The notes beneath the pieces are model-generated. The model did not search any database and had not been told where the DNA came from. It worked only from the letters and a program-made list of their open reading frames with translations. The position numbers and the translations under genes were made by a program. From Thermoleophilia bacterium (GTDB lineage Bacteria > Actinomycetota > Thermoleophilia > Gaiellales > Gaiellaceae), in the NCBI GenBank assembly GCA_025928515.1, contig JAICJI010000007.1, forward strand, positions 1,335 through 65,334: a stretch of 64,000 nt of DNA. The letters are read 5' to 3'. This document shows positions 26,657 to 35,849 of the stretch, in pieces (within the stretch, counting starts at the first letter, position 1; each line of letters starts with the position of its first letter).

Positions 26657-27661
26657 ATGCCCAGCCTGCCGCGCATCCGTTCGCGCCGGGTCGTCCCGGG
26701 CACCCCGGTCGTCGAGACGCGGCCCGGGCCGGCTGAGCTCCGCGCCGGCGGCGTCACCTGGGTCCACCTCCTCTCGCCGACGGCCGGCGAGGCACAGCTG
26801 CTCTCGAGCCGCTTCGGCTGGCATCCCCTCGACATCGAGGACGTCCTCTCGCGGCGCCAGCGCCCGAAGGTCGACCTCTACACCGGCGACGAGGACGGGC
26901 AGGGTGGCTATCTCTTCACCGTCCTCCATTTCCCGGTCTACGACGCCGCCGTCGGCCGCCTGAACGCCGGCGAGCTCGACGCGTTCGTCGGCCCCGGCTA
27001 CCTCGTCACGCTGCCGGCGGTCGAGCTCCGGCCGGTCAGCCTGCTCTTCCGCCGCTGCGAGGAGAACGAGGAGTACCGCAACCAGCTGCTCTCACGCGGC
27101 TCGGGCCGGCTCTTCTACGAGGTGCTCGACGACCTCTACGACTACTGCTTCCCGATCCTCGACAAGATCGGCTTCAAGCTCGAGCAGATCGACGAGTCGA
27201 TCGGCGAGGACGAAGGGGCGCGGGAGCTCGTAACCGACATCCACAAGGTCAAGCAGGAGATCATCTCCTACCGCAAGATCATCAAGCCGCAGCGGCCGAC
27301 CCTGAGGCAGCTCGAGCGGCAGATCGAGCGGTTCCTCCCGGAAGAGCTCGAGCTGTACTTCGACGACCTCGTCGACGCGAGCGAGCGCATCTGGGACCTG
27401 CTGGACAACTACAAGGAAGTCGTGGAGGCGCTCGAGGACACGAACGAGTCGCTCATCTCGCACCAGCAGAACGACATCCTCTACGTGCTCACGATCTTCA
27501 GCGTCGTGATGCTGCCGCTGACCTTCCTCACGGGCTTCTTCGGCATGAACGTCCACTTCCCCGGCTTCGACTCGTGGGGCGCGTTCTGGGGCAGCATCGG
27601 GCTGATGGCGGTCACCATCGCCGGCATGCTCGCGTTCTTCCGCTGGAAGCGCTGGCTCTGA
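26657..27661 (+). CDS. corA: CorA-family magnesium/cobalt transporter
   Basis: A cytoplasmic domain followed by two C-terminal TM helices with the GMN motif (LTGFFGMNVHFPG). The exact start is uncertain. Confidence 0.88.
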   Translation: MPSLPRIRSRRVVPGTPVVETRPGPAELRAGGVTWVHLLSPTAGEAQLLSSRFGWHPLDIEDVLSRRQRPKVDLYTGDEDGQGGYLFTVLHFPVYDAAVGRLNAGELDAFVGPGYLVTLPAVELRPVSLLFRRCEENEEYRNQLLSRGSGRLFYEVLDDLYDYCFPILDKIGFKLEQIDESIGEDEGARELVTDIHKVKQEIISYRKIIKPQRPTLRQLERQIERFLPEELELYFDDLVDASERIWDLLDNYKEVVEALEDTNESLISHQQNDILYVLTIFSVVMLPLTFLTGFFGMNVHFPGFDSWGAFWGSIGLMAVTIAGMLAFFRWKRWL

Positions 27662-27680
27662 GCCTCGGCGCCGGAGCTTC

Positions 27681-27842
27681 TTAGGCGGGCGCGTCCTCGG
27701 TCGAATCCTCCGCACCCGCGTCGGCGGGCGGAGCCGCAGGCTCGGAGGGCATCGACGGAGGCTCGGGAGCTGTCGCAGGCTCGGGAGCGTCTCCCGAGGA
27801 CGATCCCGATCCACCGAACAAGCGCTTCAACCAGTTGGTCAT
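27681..27842 (-). CDS. possible small Pro/acidic-rich protein (53 aa)
   Basis: Found by hand because it is below the track cut-off: MTNWLKRLFGGSGSSSGDAPEPATAPEPPSMPSEPAAPPADAGAEDSTEDAPA, ending in TAA. It lies in an otherwise unassigned gap and no homology was recognised. Confidence 0.25.
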   Translation of the reverse strand: MTNWLKRLFGGSGSSSGDAPEPATAPEPPSMPSEPAAPPADAGAEDSTEDAPA

Positions 27843-27878
27843 GAGCGCGATGCTACAAGACCGCCCAGCCGGACGCCG

Positions 27879-28271
27879 TTACCTCGGCGCAGCCAGGCGC
27901 GGCAGCCGGCGAGCTCGAACGGCCCAGTCCCGGCGTCCGGGTACGGGAGAGCGTCGATAGGGCCGTCGTTGAGCCCCATCCAGCAGCCCGGCAGCTGCTG
28001 CCCGGCGATCCGGTAGCGGACGCGATAGGGCCGACTCGGAAACCCGGGCGTGAAACTTCGAGGCCGCTCTGACGCGCGCGTATGCGGCCCGCTGTTCGCG
28101 CTCCAGGATCCTCAGGACGACTGCAGGATCGCCACGCTCCGGTGTCCGCTCCGGGATCGGGAGCACGAAGGGCACCTGCGCCGTGCGGGCAGTGGCCGAG
28201 CCCGCCAGGACGAAACAGCTCGTCAGTACCAGAAGACCCCCGAGGAGTGAGAGGCGACGCCCCACGCTCAC
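27879..28271 (-). CDS. possible lipoprotein (hypothetical)
   Basis: The N-terminus MSVGRRLSLLGGLLVLTSC has a lipobox-like L-T-S-C. The C-terminal half is Arg-rich and looks poorly protein-like. Confidence 0.3.
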   Translation of the reverse strand: MSVGRRLSLLGGLLVLTSCFVLAGSATARTAQVPFVLPIPERTPERGDPAVVLRILEREQRAAYARVRAASKFHARVSESALSRPLPDRRAAAAGLLDGAQRRPYRRSPVPGRRDWAVRARRLPRLAAPR

Positions 28272-28347
28272 TCATCGGCCTCTCGGCCGGGCTCCTGAGG
28301 CCGTGCGTCTGCTCTCCGGCCGGGCTGCACTGGAGTAGGTTCCGCCG

Positions 28348-28833
28348 ATGAAGCAGCTCTGGGCGCCGTGGCGGCTCGAGTACGTGCAGCACGCGGACGA
28401 CGGGGACGACTGTGTCTTCTGTCGCGCCGCCGCGCTTCCCGAGGACGAGCCCGAGCTCGTGATCCAGCGCGGCGAGCTCGCCTTCGTGCTCCTCAACAAG
28501 TTCCCGTATGCGTCCGGGCATCTCATGATCTCGCCGTACCGGCACGGCTCTGCGTTCGACGACCTCGAGGACGCGGAGACGCTCGAGGTGCAGCAGCTCG
28601 CGGTGCAGGCGATCGAAGCGCTGCGAGCCGTCTTCGCGCCTGAGGGATTCAACGTCGGCTGGAACCTCGGCCGCGTCGCGGGCGCGGGCATCGTCGACCA
28701 CGGCCATGTCCACGTCGTGCCGCGCTGGAGCGGCGACACGAACTTCATGCCGGTGCTCGCCGACATCAAGGTCATCCCCGAGCATCTTCTCGAGACCCGC
28801 CGCAAGCTGGCCGACGCCTGGCCGACGCGGTAG
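28348..28833 (+). CDS. HIT-family nucleotide hydrolase/phosphorylase (Ap4A phosphorylase-like)
   Basis: Contains LWAPWRLEYV...NKFPYASGHLMI and the histidine triad HGHVHVVPRWSGDTNFM. Confidence 0.85.
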   Translation: MKQLWAPWRLEYVQHADDGDDCVFCRAAALPEDEPELVIQRGELAFVLLNKFPYASGHLMISPYRHGSAFDDLEDAETLEVQQLAVQAIEALRAVFAPEGFNVGWNLGRVAGAGIVDHGHVHVVPRWSGDTNFMPVLADIKVIPEHLLETRRKLADAWPTR

Positions 28834-29003
28834 CGCAGGCTGGTCGAACGGCTGGAGTCGACAAGCGCGGTTCGGGGTAAGACGAGGGTGATGCTCGTAG
28901 ACGTGGTGGCGGTGCTCGTCATGGTCCTGATGGCCGGAGACGTCGTGCGCATGTTGTTCGTCGACTCTGAGCCCCACGGCGACCCGGTCCGCCGGAACGA
29001 CTC

Positions 29004-29486
29004 CTAGCGCTCAGGCCCGCCACGACCCCGCACCCCGAGGTACGCCGCGAGCGCGACGACGGCCGCAGCCTCGGCAACGAGTGCGACGACGATGCCGAGC
29101 CGGTAGCCGTGCTCCTGGAAGCCGAACAACGGCTGGTGCTCGCTGATGAACAGGAAGACGAACGACGTCGCCGCAAGCCCGATGCCGCCCAAGGCAAGCG
29201 GGAGCTGCAGCGGCCGCACGCGCGCCGCCGGGACCAGGAGCCCCACCCCGATCGCCGTTGCCCCCACGAAGTTGAGCAGGAAGAGCGGGCCGATGGTCGA
29301 CACGGAGCTGTAACCGTCGGCGTACTGCTGCAGGTGCACTGCACCGACCACGAGCACCGCGATCCCTCCGAGCGTCCGCAGTACGGCGGGCGCCCGACCC
29401 CGAGGATGCTCCCGAGTCCCGGTGAGCACCGCCTCGTCCGGCAGCGGCCTTGTCGATGTTCTCGTCCGTTCACGTAGCTGGCTCAT
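29004..29486 (-). CDS. integral membrane protein (hypothetical)
   Basis: Four hydrophobic helices (IAVLVVGAVHL, PLFLLNFVGATAIGVGLLV, LALGGIGLAATSFVFLFI, IVVALVAEAAAVVALAAYL). The start is taken at ATG 29486. Confidence 0.5.
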   Translation of the reverse strand: MSQLRERTRTSTRPLPDEAVLTGTREHPRGRAPAVLRTLGGIAVLVVGAVHLQQYADGYSSVSTIGPLFLLNFVGATAIGVGLLVPAARVRPLQLPLALGGIGLAATSFVFLFISEHQPLFGFQEHGYRLGIVVALVAEAAAVVALAAYLGVRGRGGPER

Positions 29487-29665
29487 GCGTAGCCACCTCC
29501 CAGTCCGAGCTGGGAATCGCGCCATCGCAGCCGGCGGCAACCACCGCACGGCCCATCGCCCCCACCACGACCGCGTGTAGAGGACGCAAAGCGAACCCCC
29601 CTCTCGCGTAGTGGTTTCAGCGTTCTACGCAGCGATTCGCGGACCGGTTCTCCGCGACAACGTTC

Positions 29666-29935
29666 CTAGTCCGACGACTCGCGCGCCAGCGGCTCGTCCT
29701 GTGCCGCAAGCGGAGCCCTCCTGCTACTCGGGACGAGCGAGAGGGTCTCGGGCGGAACGGCCACGGCGTGGCTGTCGCCCCAGTGTCGGATGATCGCCAC
29801 GCCGCCACTCATGTGCAGGAACGTCGCGCGGCGGCCGGCGTGCAGCACCGGCTGCTCCGGAGCCAACACCGCAATCGGCGAATCCATGACGAGGTGCTCC
29901 TTCCGCAGACGAAGGTTCCTCGTTGTGCCCGTCAC
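29666..29935 (-). CDS. hypothetical protein
   Basis: An 89-aa ORF with no recognised motif, in a gap not otherwise explained. Confidence 0.25.
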   Translation of the reverse strand: MTGTTRNLRLRKEHLVMDSPIAVLAPEQPVLHAGRRATFLHMSGGVAIIRHWGDSHAVAVPPETLSLVPSSRRAPLAAQDEPLARESSD

Positions 29936-29965
29936 AAGCCGATTGCTAACCAGCCGCCGCGGACG

Positions 29966-30247
29966 CTAGGGATGGATGAGCTCGTGGACTGGGAACTCCT
30001 TGATTTCCGGGGCCGCCTGCATCTCGATGCCCGCAGCCGCCATTCCTTCCGCGATCCGGGTCTGGAACGCGTCGAAATCGGCCCGTGTCTCCCAGAAGTC
30101 GATGATCCCCCAGCCACCGTCGATCGGGCCGGACGCGTGGAACAGCAGGCCCGGAGGCGCCGACCGATCCGGATTGATGTGGTCGTGCCCACTGTCGAAC
30201 TCTTCTTGCGTCATGCCGGGGAGCTTGACGCGGATGCCTACTGCCAA
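29966..30247 (-). CDS. hypothetical small cytoplasmic protein
   Basis: 93 aa with protein-like composition (GGWGIIDFWETRADFDAFQTRIAEGM). No confident family assignment. Confidence 0.45.
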   Translation of the reverse strand: MAVGIRVKLPGMTQEEFDSGHDHINPDRSAPPGLLFHASGPIDGGWGIIDFWETRADFDAFQTRIAEGMAAAGIEMQAAPEIKEFPVHELIHP

Positions 30248-30283
30248 AGCGACTCCTTCGTTCGCTTGCGGGACGGCGCGACT

Positions 30284-30637
30284 CTACGACAGTGACGCGC
30301 TCGCGTCCCGATCGAGCTGCGGCCAGCCGTATCCCGTCTCGGACGAGATCGAAGCCGCCTCGTCGCGCGCGGGCTCGTGGTCGGGGAGCTCCTCGTCGTG
30401 CCGCTCGAAGTGCTCGAGCTCGAAATCGTCGACGAGGGAGTCGTCGATTGGCGACGTCTCGCGCGCCGGGCGGAGCCGGGTGGTGCCGGCGCGCTCGCGC
30501 TCGACGACGTAGACGACGCCGTAGCCGAGAGCCGCACAGAGCAGGACGAGGATCGCCGAGCCGACGCCCACCGTCATCCACATTGCGCCAAAGCCGAAGC
30601 CGACCGCAGTTCCGAGATAGCGCATCGAGCTGGTCAC
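30284..30637 (-). CDS. small membrane protein with acidic tail
   Basis: The N-terminus has two Gly-rich TM helices (YLGTAVGFGFGAMWMTVGVGSAILVLLCAALGYGVVYVV), followed by an acidic C-terminus. Confidence 0.5.
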   Translation of the reverse strand: MTSSMRYLGTAVGFGFGAMWMTVGVGSAILVLLCAALGYGVVYVVERERAGTTRLRPARETSPIDDSLVDDFELEHFERHDEELPDHEPARDEAASISSETGYGWPQLDRDASASLS

Positions 30638-30760
30638 GTTCGTACCTCCTGATTCGTAGACCCCTGCCCGGCGACGATTCGATCCGGCGGCTCAGCCTCC
30701 TGCAGCGGATCACACAGACCCACAGCGACTCGCGGCGGGTCATCGTCTAGATATGTGCAA

Positions 30761-30833
30761 AGCGGGAGACGGGACTCGAACCCGCGACCCTTGGCTTGGG
30801 AAGCCAATGCTCTACCAACTGAGCTACTCCCGC
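30761..30833 (-). tRNA. tRNA-Gly (anticodon CCC)
   Basis: The reverse complement folds by hand as GCGGGAG-TA-GCTC-AGTTGGTA-GAGC-A-TTGGC-TTCCCAA-GCCAA-GGGTC-GCGGG-TTCGAGT-CCCGT-CTCCCGC-T, 73 nt. Confidence 0.93.
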
Positions 30834-30904
30834 CGGAACCGCGATTGTAGCCCGGCCATAATGGAGCCCCAGACCAAGCGAGAGAAGCGAGACAGGGAGA
30901 TTTC

Positions 30905-31933
30905 ATGTCGAACATCGAGCTCCACGAGACCGCGGCCGCGCTCGTCGCCGAGGGGAAAGGGATCCTCGCCGCCGACGAGAGCACCGGGACGATCAAGAAG
31001 CGCTTCGACACGATCGGCGTCGAGTCGACCGAGGAGAACCGCCGCACCTACCGCAACCTCCTCTTCACGACGCCTGGCGCCGAGGAGTACATCAGCGGCG
31101 TGATCCTCTACGACGAGACGATCCGCCAGTCGGCCGACGACGGGACACCGTTCCCGGAGCTGCTCGCCTCGAAGGGCATCATCCCGGGCATCAAGGTCGA
31201 CGTCGGCGCGAAGCCGCTCGCCGCCGCCGAGGGCGAGACTGTGACGGAAGGGCTCGACGGGCTGCGCGAGCGGCTCGAGGAGTACCGCGGCCTCGGCGCG
31301 CGCTTCGCGAAGTGGCGTGCGACGTACTCGATCACCGACACGATGCCGAGCGAGTACTGCATCTGGACGAACGCGCACGCACTCGCCCGCTATGCCGCGC
31401 TGTGCCAGGAGGCCGGGATCGTGCCGATCGTCGAGCCCGAGGTGCTGCAGGACGGGACGCACTCGATCGAGCGCAGCGGCTTCGTCACCTCGCGCGTCCT
31501 CGCCGCGGTCTACACCGAGCTGTTCGACCAGCGCGTCGACGTCGAGGGGACGCTGCTCAAGCCGAACATGGTCCTCTCCGGCTACGAGGCGTCGGGGCGC
31601 GCCGGCGTCGAGGAGGTCGCCGAGGCGACGCTGCACACGCTCACGAAGCACGTGCCGGCAGCGGTGCCGGGCATCGTCTTCCTCTCGGGCGGCCAGTCGG
31701 ACGAGGACGCGACCGCGCACCTCAACGCGATGAACGCAACCGGGCCGCACCCGTGGCAGCTGTCGTTCTCCTACGGCCGCGCGCTGCAGGCGCCCGCGCT
31801 GAAGGCGTGGGGCGGCAAGGAGGAGAACGTCGAGGCGGGCCAGCGCGCCTACTACCACCGCGCGAAGATGAACGCAGCCGCGCGCACCGGCGCGTACGCG
31901 CCGGCGATGGAGGAGGAGGCCGTCGCCGTCTAG
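30905..31933 (+). CDS. fba: fructose-bisphosphate aldolase, class I
   Basis: GKGILAADESTGTIKKRFDTIGVESTEENRR is typical of class I (Schiff-base) aldolases. 342 aa. Confidence 0.93.
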   Translation: MSNIELHETAAALVAEGKGILAADESTGTIKKRFDTIGVESTEENRRTYRNLLFTTPGAEEYISGVILYDETIRQSADDGTPFPELLASKGIIPGIKVDVGAKPLAAAEGETVTEGLDGLRERLEEYRGLGARFAKWRATYSITDTMPSEYCIWTNAHALARYAALCQEAGIVPIVEPEVLQDGTHSIERSGFVTSRVLAAVYTELFDQRVDVEGTLLKPNMVLSGYEASGRAGVEEVAEATLHTLTKHVPAAVPGIVFLSGGQSDEDATAHLNAMNATGPHPWQLSFSYGRALQAPALKAWGGKEENVEAGQRAYYHRAKMNAAARTGAYAPAMEEEAVAV

Positions 31934-31991
31934 CGGCCAGTGCGCGACGCGATGACGAGAGGTGGAAAGGCCACGCGGCCTTCTAACTCTT

Positions 31992-32948
31992 CTACGTGTA
32001 TTCGAACCCGGTCAGCGCCGACAGCTTCGCGAGCGACTGCTGGGCGACGACGCGACGCACCGTGCCCGACCTCGAGCGCATCACTATCGAGTCGGTCTCG
32101 GCGCCGCCGGGGGCGTACGCGACGCCGCGCAGGAGCGGGCCGTTCGTCACGCCGGTCGCGGCGACGAAGACGTCCTCGCCCGAGACGAGATCGTCGGTGT
32201 GGAGCACGCGGGCCGGATCGAGGCCCGCGGCGAGCAGCTGCTGCCGCTCGTCGTCGTCGCGCGGCCACAGCCGTCCCTGGATGCCGCCGCCGACACACTT
32301 GAGCGCCGCGGCGGAGATCACGCCTTCGGGCGTGCCGCCGATCCCGTAGAGCATGTCGACGTTCGTTCCGCGTTGCCCGGCGGCAATGGCCGGGGCCACG
32401 TCGCCGTCCCGAATCAGCCGGACGCGCGCGCCCGCGTCGCGCAGCTCGGCGATCAAGTCGTCGTGGCGGTCACGCTCGAGGACGATGACGTCCACCTCAC
32501 GGGGAGACTTCCCGAGCGCCTCGGCAACTGCGCCGACGTTGTCGGTCGGGGTCTTCTCGATGTCGATTGCGTCGATCGCGGCCGGCCCGACAGCGATCTT
32601 CTCCATGTAGACGGCCGCACCCGGGAAGAGCATCGTCCCGCGCTCGGCGACTGCGATCACGGCGATGGCGCCGGTCTGCCCGAGCGCCGTGAGGCGAGTC
32701 CCCTCGAGCGGATCGACCGCGACGTCGACCTCCGGCCCCTCGCCGTTCCCGACCTCCTCGCCGTTGAAGAGCATCGGCGCCTCGTCCTTCTCCCCCTCGC
32801 CGATCACGACGACGCCGCGCATCGAGACGCTGTCGAGCACGAAGCGCATCGCATCGACCGCAGCGCGGTCGGCCTCCTCCTTGTCGCCGCGGCCGATCCA
32901 GCGCGCCGCGGCCATCGCGCCCGCCTCGGTCACGCGGACGAGCTCCAT
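31992..32948 (-). CDS. glpX: fructose-1,6-bisphosphatase class II
   Basis: [35 protein letters not shown]...[14 protein letters not shown]...GIGGTPEGV is near-identical in pattern to mycobacterial GlpX. The start is ATG 32948, and the longer track ORF is an artefactual extension. Confidence 0.92.
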   Translation of the reverse strand: MELVRVTEAGAMAAARWIGRGDKEEADRAAVDAMRFVLDSVSMRGVVVIGEGEKDEAPMLFNGEEVGNGEGPEVDVAVDPLEGTRLTALGQTGAIAVIAVAERGTMLFPGAAVYMEKIAVGPAAIDAIDIEKTPTDNVGAVAEALGKSPREVDVIVLERDRHDDLIAELRDAGARVRLIRDGDVAPAIAAGQRGTNVDMLYGIGGTPEGVISAAALKCVGGGIQGRLWPRDDDERQQLLAAGLDPARVLHTDDLVSGEDVFVAATGVTNGPLLRGVAYAPGGAETDSIVMRSRSGTVRRVVAQQSLAKLSALTGFEYT

Positions 32949-33003
32949 GGCGATGTTGCGGTCGGGGGCGTGACGCGAGCTCACGGCCGACGATCCTAAA
33001 GCG

Positions 33004-33294
33004 CTAGTCGCCTCTTTGGATCGGGTGCGAGATGAACCAGGAGGCGATGAGCAGAAAGAGGAGGATCGCAGCGACCAGGCAAACGCCGAAGACGGCCGAA
33101 CCTTTGCGGGTTCGGAGGCTCGAGCCGCCGGCGAGCGCGACCATGCCTGCGATCGCCAACACGAAGATCGCGACCACCCAGAGACCGAGCGCGAGCTCGA
33201 CGAGTGCCAGCACGACGGAGGGGCCGACGATGAGCCCCGTCTTCTCGCTGTAACCGCGCAGACGCTCACGACGCGTGAGGAGCAGGCCGTCCAC
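33004..33294 (-). CDS. small membrane protein
   Basis: 96 aa with three hydrophobic helices. Confidence 0.5.
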   Translation of the reverse strand: MDGLLLTRRERLRGYSEKTGLIVGPSVVLALVELALGLWVVAIFVLAIAGMVALAGGSSLRTRKGSAVFGVCLVAAILLFLLIASWFISHPIQRGD

Positions 33295-33305
33295 GCCCTG
33301 AAGTG

Positions 33306-34826
33306 TTACATCCGGTCGGGCGCGTCGACACCCACGAGCCCGAGACAGCGCGCGATGACAGTGCGGGTCGCCCGGCAGAGCCCGAGCCGGAACTCCTGCT
33401 GTTCGCTCTCGAGGACTCGATGCTCGTGGTAGAAGCGGTGGAAGTCGTCGGCGACGCGGATCGCGTAGGCGGGAACTCCCTGCGGGCCGCGCTTCTCGAC
33501 CGCGTCGGCCACGACCGACGGGAGCTCCGCGAGCCGCTTCACGAGCTCCCGTTCCTCGGGAGCGAGCGGGCCGGCAAGTAACAACTTGTTACTAGCGTTG
33601 TCAGGAGCGTTCCGCAGGATCCCGGCGATCCGGGCGTGCGCGTACTGGACGTAGTAGACCGGGTTCTTCTGCGACCGTTCCGACGCGAGGTCGACATCGA
33701 GGTCGATCGTCTGGTCGGGGCCGCGGTTGACGAGATACCAGCGGGCGGCATCGACGCCGATCTCGTCCATGAAGTCGTCGAGGAAGACGATGTCGCCGCG
33801 CCGCCGCGAGAGGCGGGTCTGCTCGCCTCCCTTCGTGAGGTTGACCATCTGATAGAGCAGCACCTCGACCCGCTCGGGGTCGTAGCCGAGCATCCGCGCG
33901 ACCGCCGCATACCAGTTGCGGGTGCCGTGATGGTCGGCGCCGAGAACGTAGATCGCGCGGTCGAAGCCGCGGTCGAGCTTGTCGACGAGGTAGGCGACGT
34001 CCGCCGCGCGGTACGTGGGCGAGCGGTCGCCCGAGCGGAGCAGGACGCGATCCTCGTCGTCGCCGTGCGCGGACGAGCGCGCCCAGAGGGCGCCGTCCTT
34101 CTCGTACGTGTCCAGCCGAGGTAGGAGCTCCGGGAGCAGCAGCTCGAGCTCGCTCTGCCGGCGAAAGCTGTCGAAGTGGATCCGGAACCGCTCGAGCGAC
34201 GTCTCGATCTCCTTCAGCATGAGCGGCACCGGGTCGCCCTTGAGAGCTGCGAGATCCTCGATGTACGCGCCGCGGTAACCGTCCTCGGGCGGCTCCTCGC
34301 CACGCCGCGCCGCTTCGACCGACGCGCGGAAGCGGTCCATCTGGCCGCCGGCGTCGTTGTAGTAGTACTCGCGCTCGACGACGTGACCGGCGAGCGCGAA
34401 GAGGCGGGCGATTGCGTCGCCGTACGCGCCGTTGCGACCGTGAGCGACGTGGAGCGGACCTGTTGGGTTTGCGGAGACCATCTCCACCTGCACGCGTTCC
34501 GGCTCGCCCACGCCCCCGCCGCCGAACGCGTCCTCGTCCGCGAGGATCTCGGCGAGCGCCGCCGAGAGCCACTCGTCCCGCAGGAAGAGGTTGACGAACC
34601 CGGGGCCGGCGACCTCGGCTCGCTCGACTCCCTCGAGCCCGGCGGCTGCCTCCGCGATCTCGGCCGCGACCTCGCGTGGCGCTTGGCGCCGCGTCCCGGC
34701 CAGGCGCAGCGCGACGTTCGTCGCGTAGTCGCCGTGCTCCGCCTCGCCGGGCCGCTCGAGCTCGACGTCGGCGCCCGCGGCGGAGGCGAGCGCGGCAGCG
34801 AGCTTGCTGACGGGATCAGCCGGCAA
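33306..34826 (-). CDS. argS: arginine--tRNA ligase
   Basis: HIGH-region motif SANPTGPLHVAHGRN and a class I fold. The anticodon-binding C-terminus ends ...GVDAPDRM. Confidence 0.93.
   Translation of the reverse strand: MPADPVSKLAAALASAAGADVELERPGEAEHGDYATNVALRLAGTRRQAPREVAAEIAEAAAGLEGVERAEVAGPGFVNLFLRDEWLSAALAEILADEDAFGGGGVGEPERVQVEMVSANPTGPLHVAHGRNGAYGDAIARLFALAGHVVEREYYYNDAGGQMDRFRASVEAARRGEEPPEDGYRGAYIEDLAALKGDPVPLMLKEIETSLERFRIHFDSFRRQSELELLLPELLPRLDTYEKDGALWARSSAHGDDEDRVLLRSGDRSPTYRAADVAYLVDKLDRGFDRAIYVLGADHHGTRNWYAAVARMLGYDPERVEVLLYQMVNLTKGGEQTRLSRRRGDIVFLDDFMDEIGVDAARWYLVNRGPDQTIDLDVDLASERSQKNPVYYVQYAHARIAGILRNAPDNASNKLLLAGPLAPEERELVKRLAELPSVVADAVEKRGPQGVPAYAIRVADDFHRFYHEHRVLESEQQEFRLGLCRATRTVIARCLGLVGVDAPDRM
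33578..33596. repeat. exact 19-nt AT-rich repeat containing a 7-1-7 palindrome (copy 2)
   Basis: The sequence gtaacaacttgttactagc is identical to 8664..8682. It lies inside argS and encodes ASNKLL in the same frame and orientation as copy 1. Confidence 0.9.
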
Positions 34827-35838
34827 CGGTCTCGCGCGGGGTGAAGAGGTCTTCGAGCGCTCGGATCTCGTCGGGCGAGCCGACGCCGATCAGGACGTCG
34901 CCGACCTCGATCGGTGTGTCCGGCTCCGGCGTCGTGTCGAAGCTCCCGTCCGGCTTCCGGAGCGAGATCACGATCGCCCCCGTCTCGTGCCGGATGCGGA
35001 GCTCTCGGATCGTCCGCCCCGCCGCGGCGCACGTCCGCCGCACCTCGATCTCGGCGAGCTGGAGGTCCGGCCCGGTGGCGGTCGTCACCACGTCGAGGAA
35101 CGCCGTCACCTGGGGCTTGAGGACGAGGTTCGCCATCACTCTTCCCGCGGCCGTGTACGGGAGGACGATCCGGTCCGCACCGGCGAGGACGAGTTTCCGC
35201 TCGGCGTCCGCGCCGGAGGCACGCGCCACGATCGTCAGGTCGGGACGAACCGAGCGCGCCGAAAGGACGACATAGAGATTGTCCGCGTCCGAATCGGACG
35301 CCGCGACGAGGCCGCGCGCACGATCGAGGCCGCCGCGGCGCAGGTTCTCGTCGTTCGTCGCGTCGCCGTCGATCAACAGCACGCCGTCGTCCTTCGCCGC
35401 GGCGACCGCGTCCTCGTGGAAATCGAGTACGACGTACCGCACGTCCGCGGCCTGGAACTCCTCGGCGACGCGGCGGCCGACGCGGCCGTAGCCGCAGATG
35501 ATGAAGTGGTCGTGCAGGTGCTCGATCGTCCGCTCCCTCCGGCGCTCGGCCAGCGCCCCACTGATCACGCCGCCGGCCACCGCCTCGACGATAACCGCAC
35601 CCGCGTAGCCGAGGATCGTGATGCCGACGCCGACGAGGACGAGGGAGACGATGCGTGGGCCGGCGCCCGTGGGAACCGTGTCGAGGCCGGTCAGTGTGAC
35701 CGTGACCACGGCACGGTAGAACGACCGGAACCACGACTCGTGCAGCGTCTCCCGGAACGCGATCGTGCCGCCTGCGAGCGTCACCGCCATCGCGGCAAGC
35801 AGGCGTTCGATCTGGTGCAGGCGAATCTTGGCGGGCAC
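34816..35838 (-). CDS. 2-TM pore-loop ion channel with RCK (TrkA-N/TrkA-C) domains
   Basis: The pore region is WFRSFYRAVVTVTLTGLDTVP, followed by the Rossmann motif HFIICGYGRVGRRVAEEF and a C-terminal TrkA-C-like domain. Confidence 0.8.
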   Translation of the reverse strand: MPAKIRLHQIERLLAAMAVTLAGGTIAFRETLHESWFRSFYRAVVTVTLTGLDTVPTGAGPRIVSLVLVGVGITILGYAGAVIVEAVAGGVISGALAERRRERTIEHLHDHFIICGYGRVGRRVAEEFQAADVRYVVLDFHEDAVAAAKDDGVLLIDGDATNDENLRRGGLDRARGLVAASDSDADNLYVVLSARSVRPDLTIVARASGADAERKLVLAGADRIVLPYTAAGRVMANLVLKPQVTAFLDVVTTATGPDLQLAEIEVRRTCAAAGRTIRELRIRHETGAIVISLRKPDGSFDTTPEPDTPIEVGDVLIGVGSPDEIRALEDLFTPRETVAG

Positions 35839-35849
35839 GGGCCTAGTAT

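Noticed and set aside
31965-31984. A short hairpin (AAGGCC-ACGC-GGCCTT) between the convergent fba and glpX genes, considered as a bidirectional terminator.
   Set aside because: The stem is only 6 bp and too weak to assert.
32949-33269. The N-terminal 107-aa extension of the glpX ORF (track 31992..33269).
   Set aside because: GlpX homologues begin at MELVRVTEA. The extension is Ser/Arg-rich and overlaps the 96-aa membrane-protein gene in another frame.
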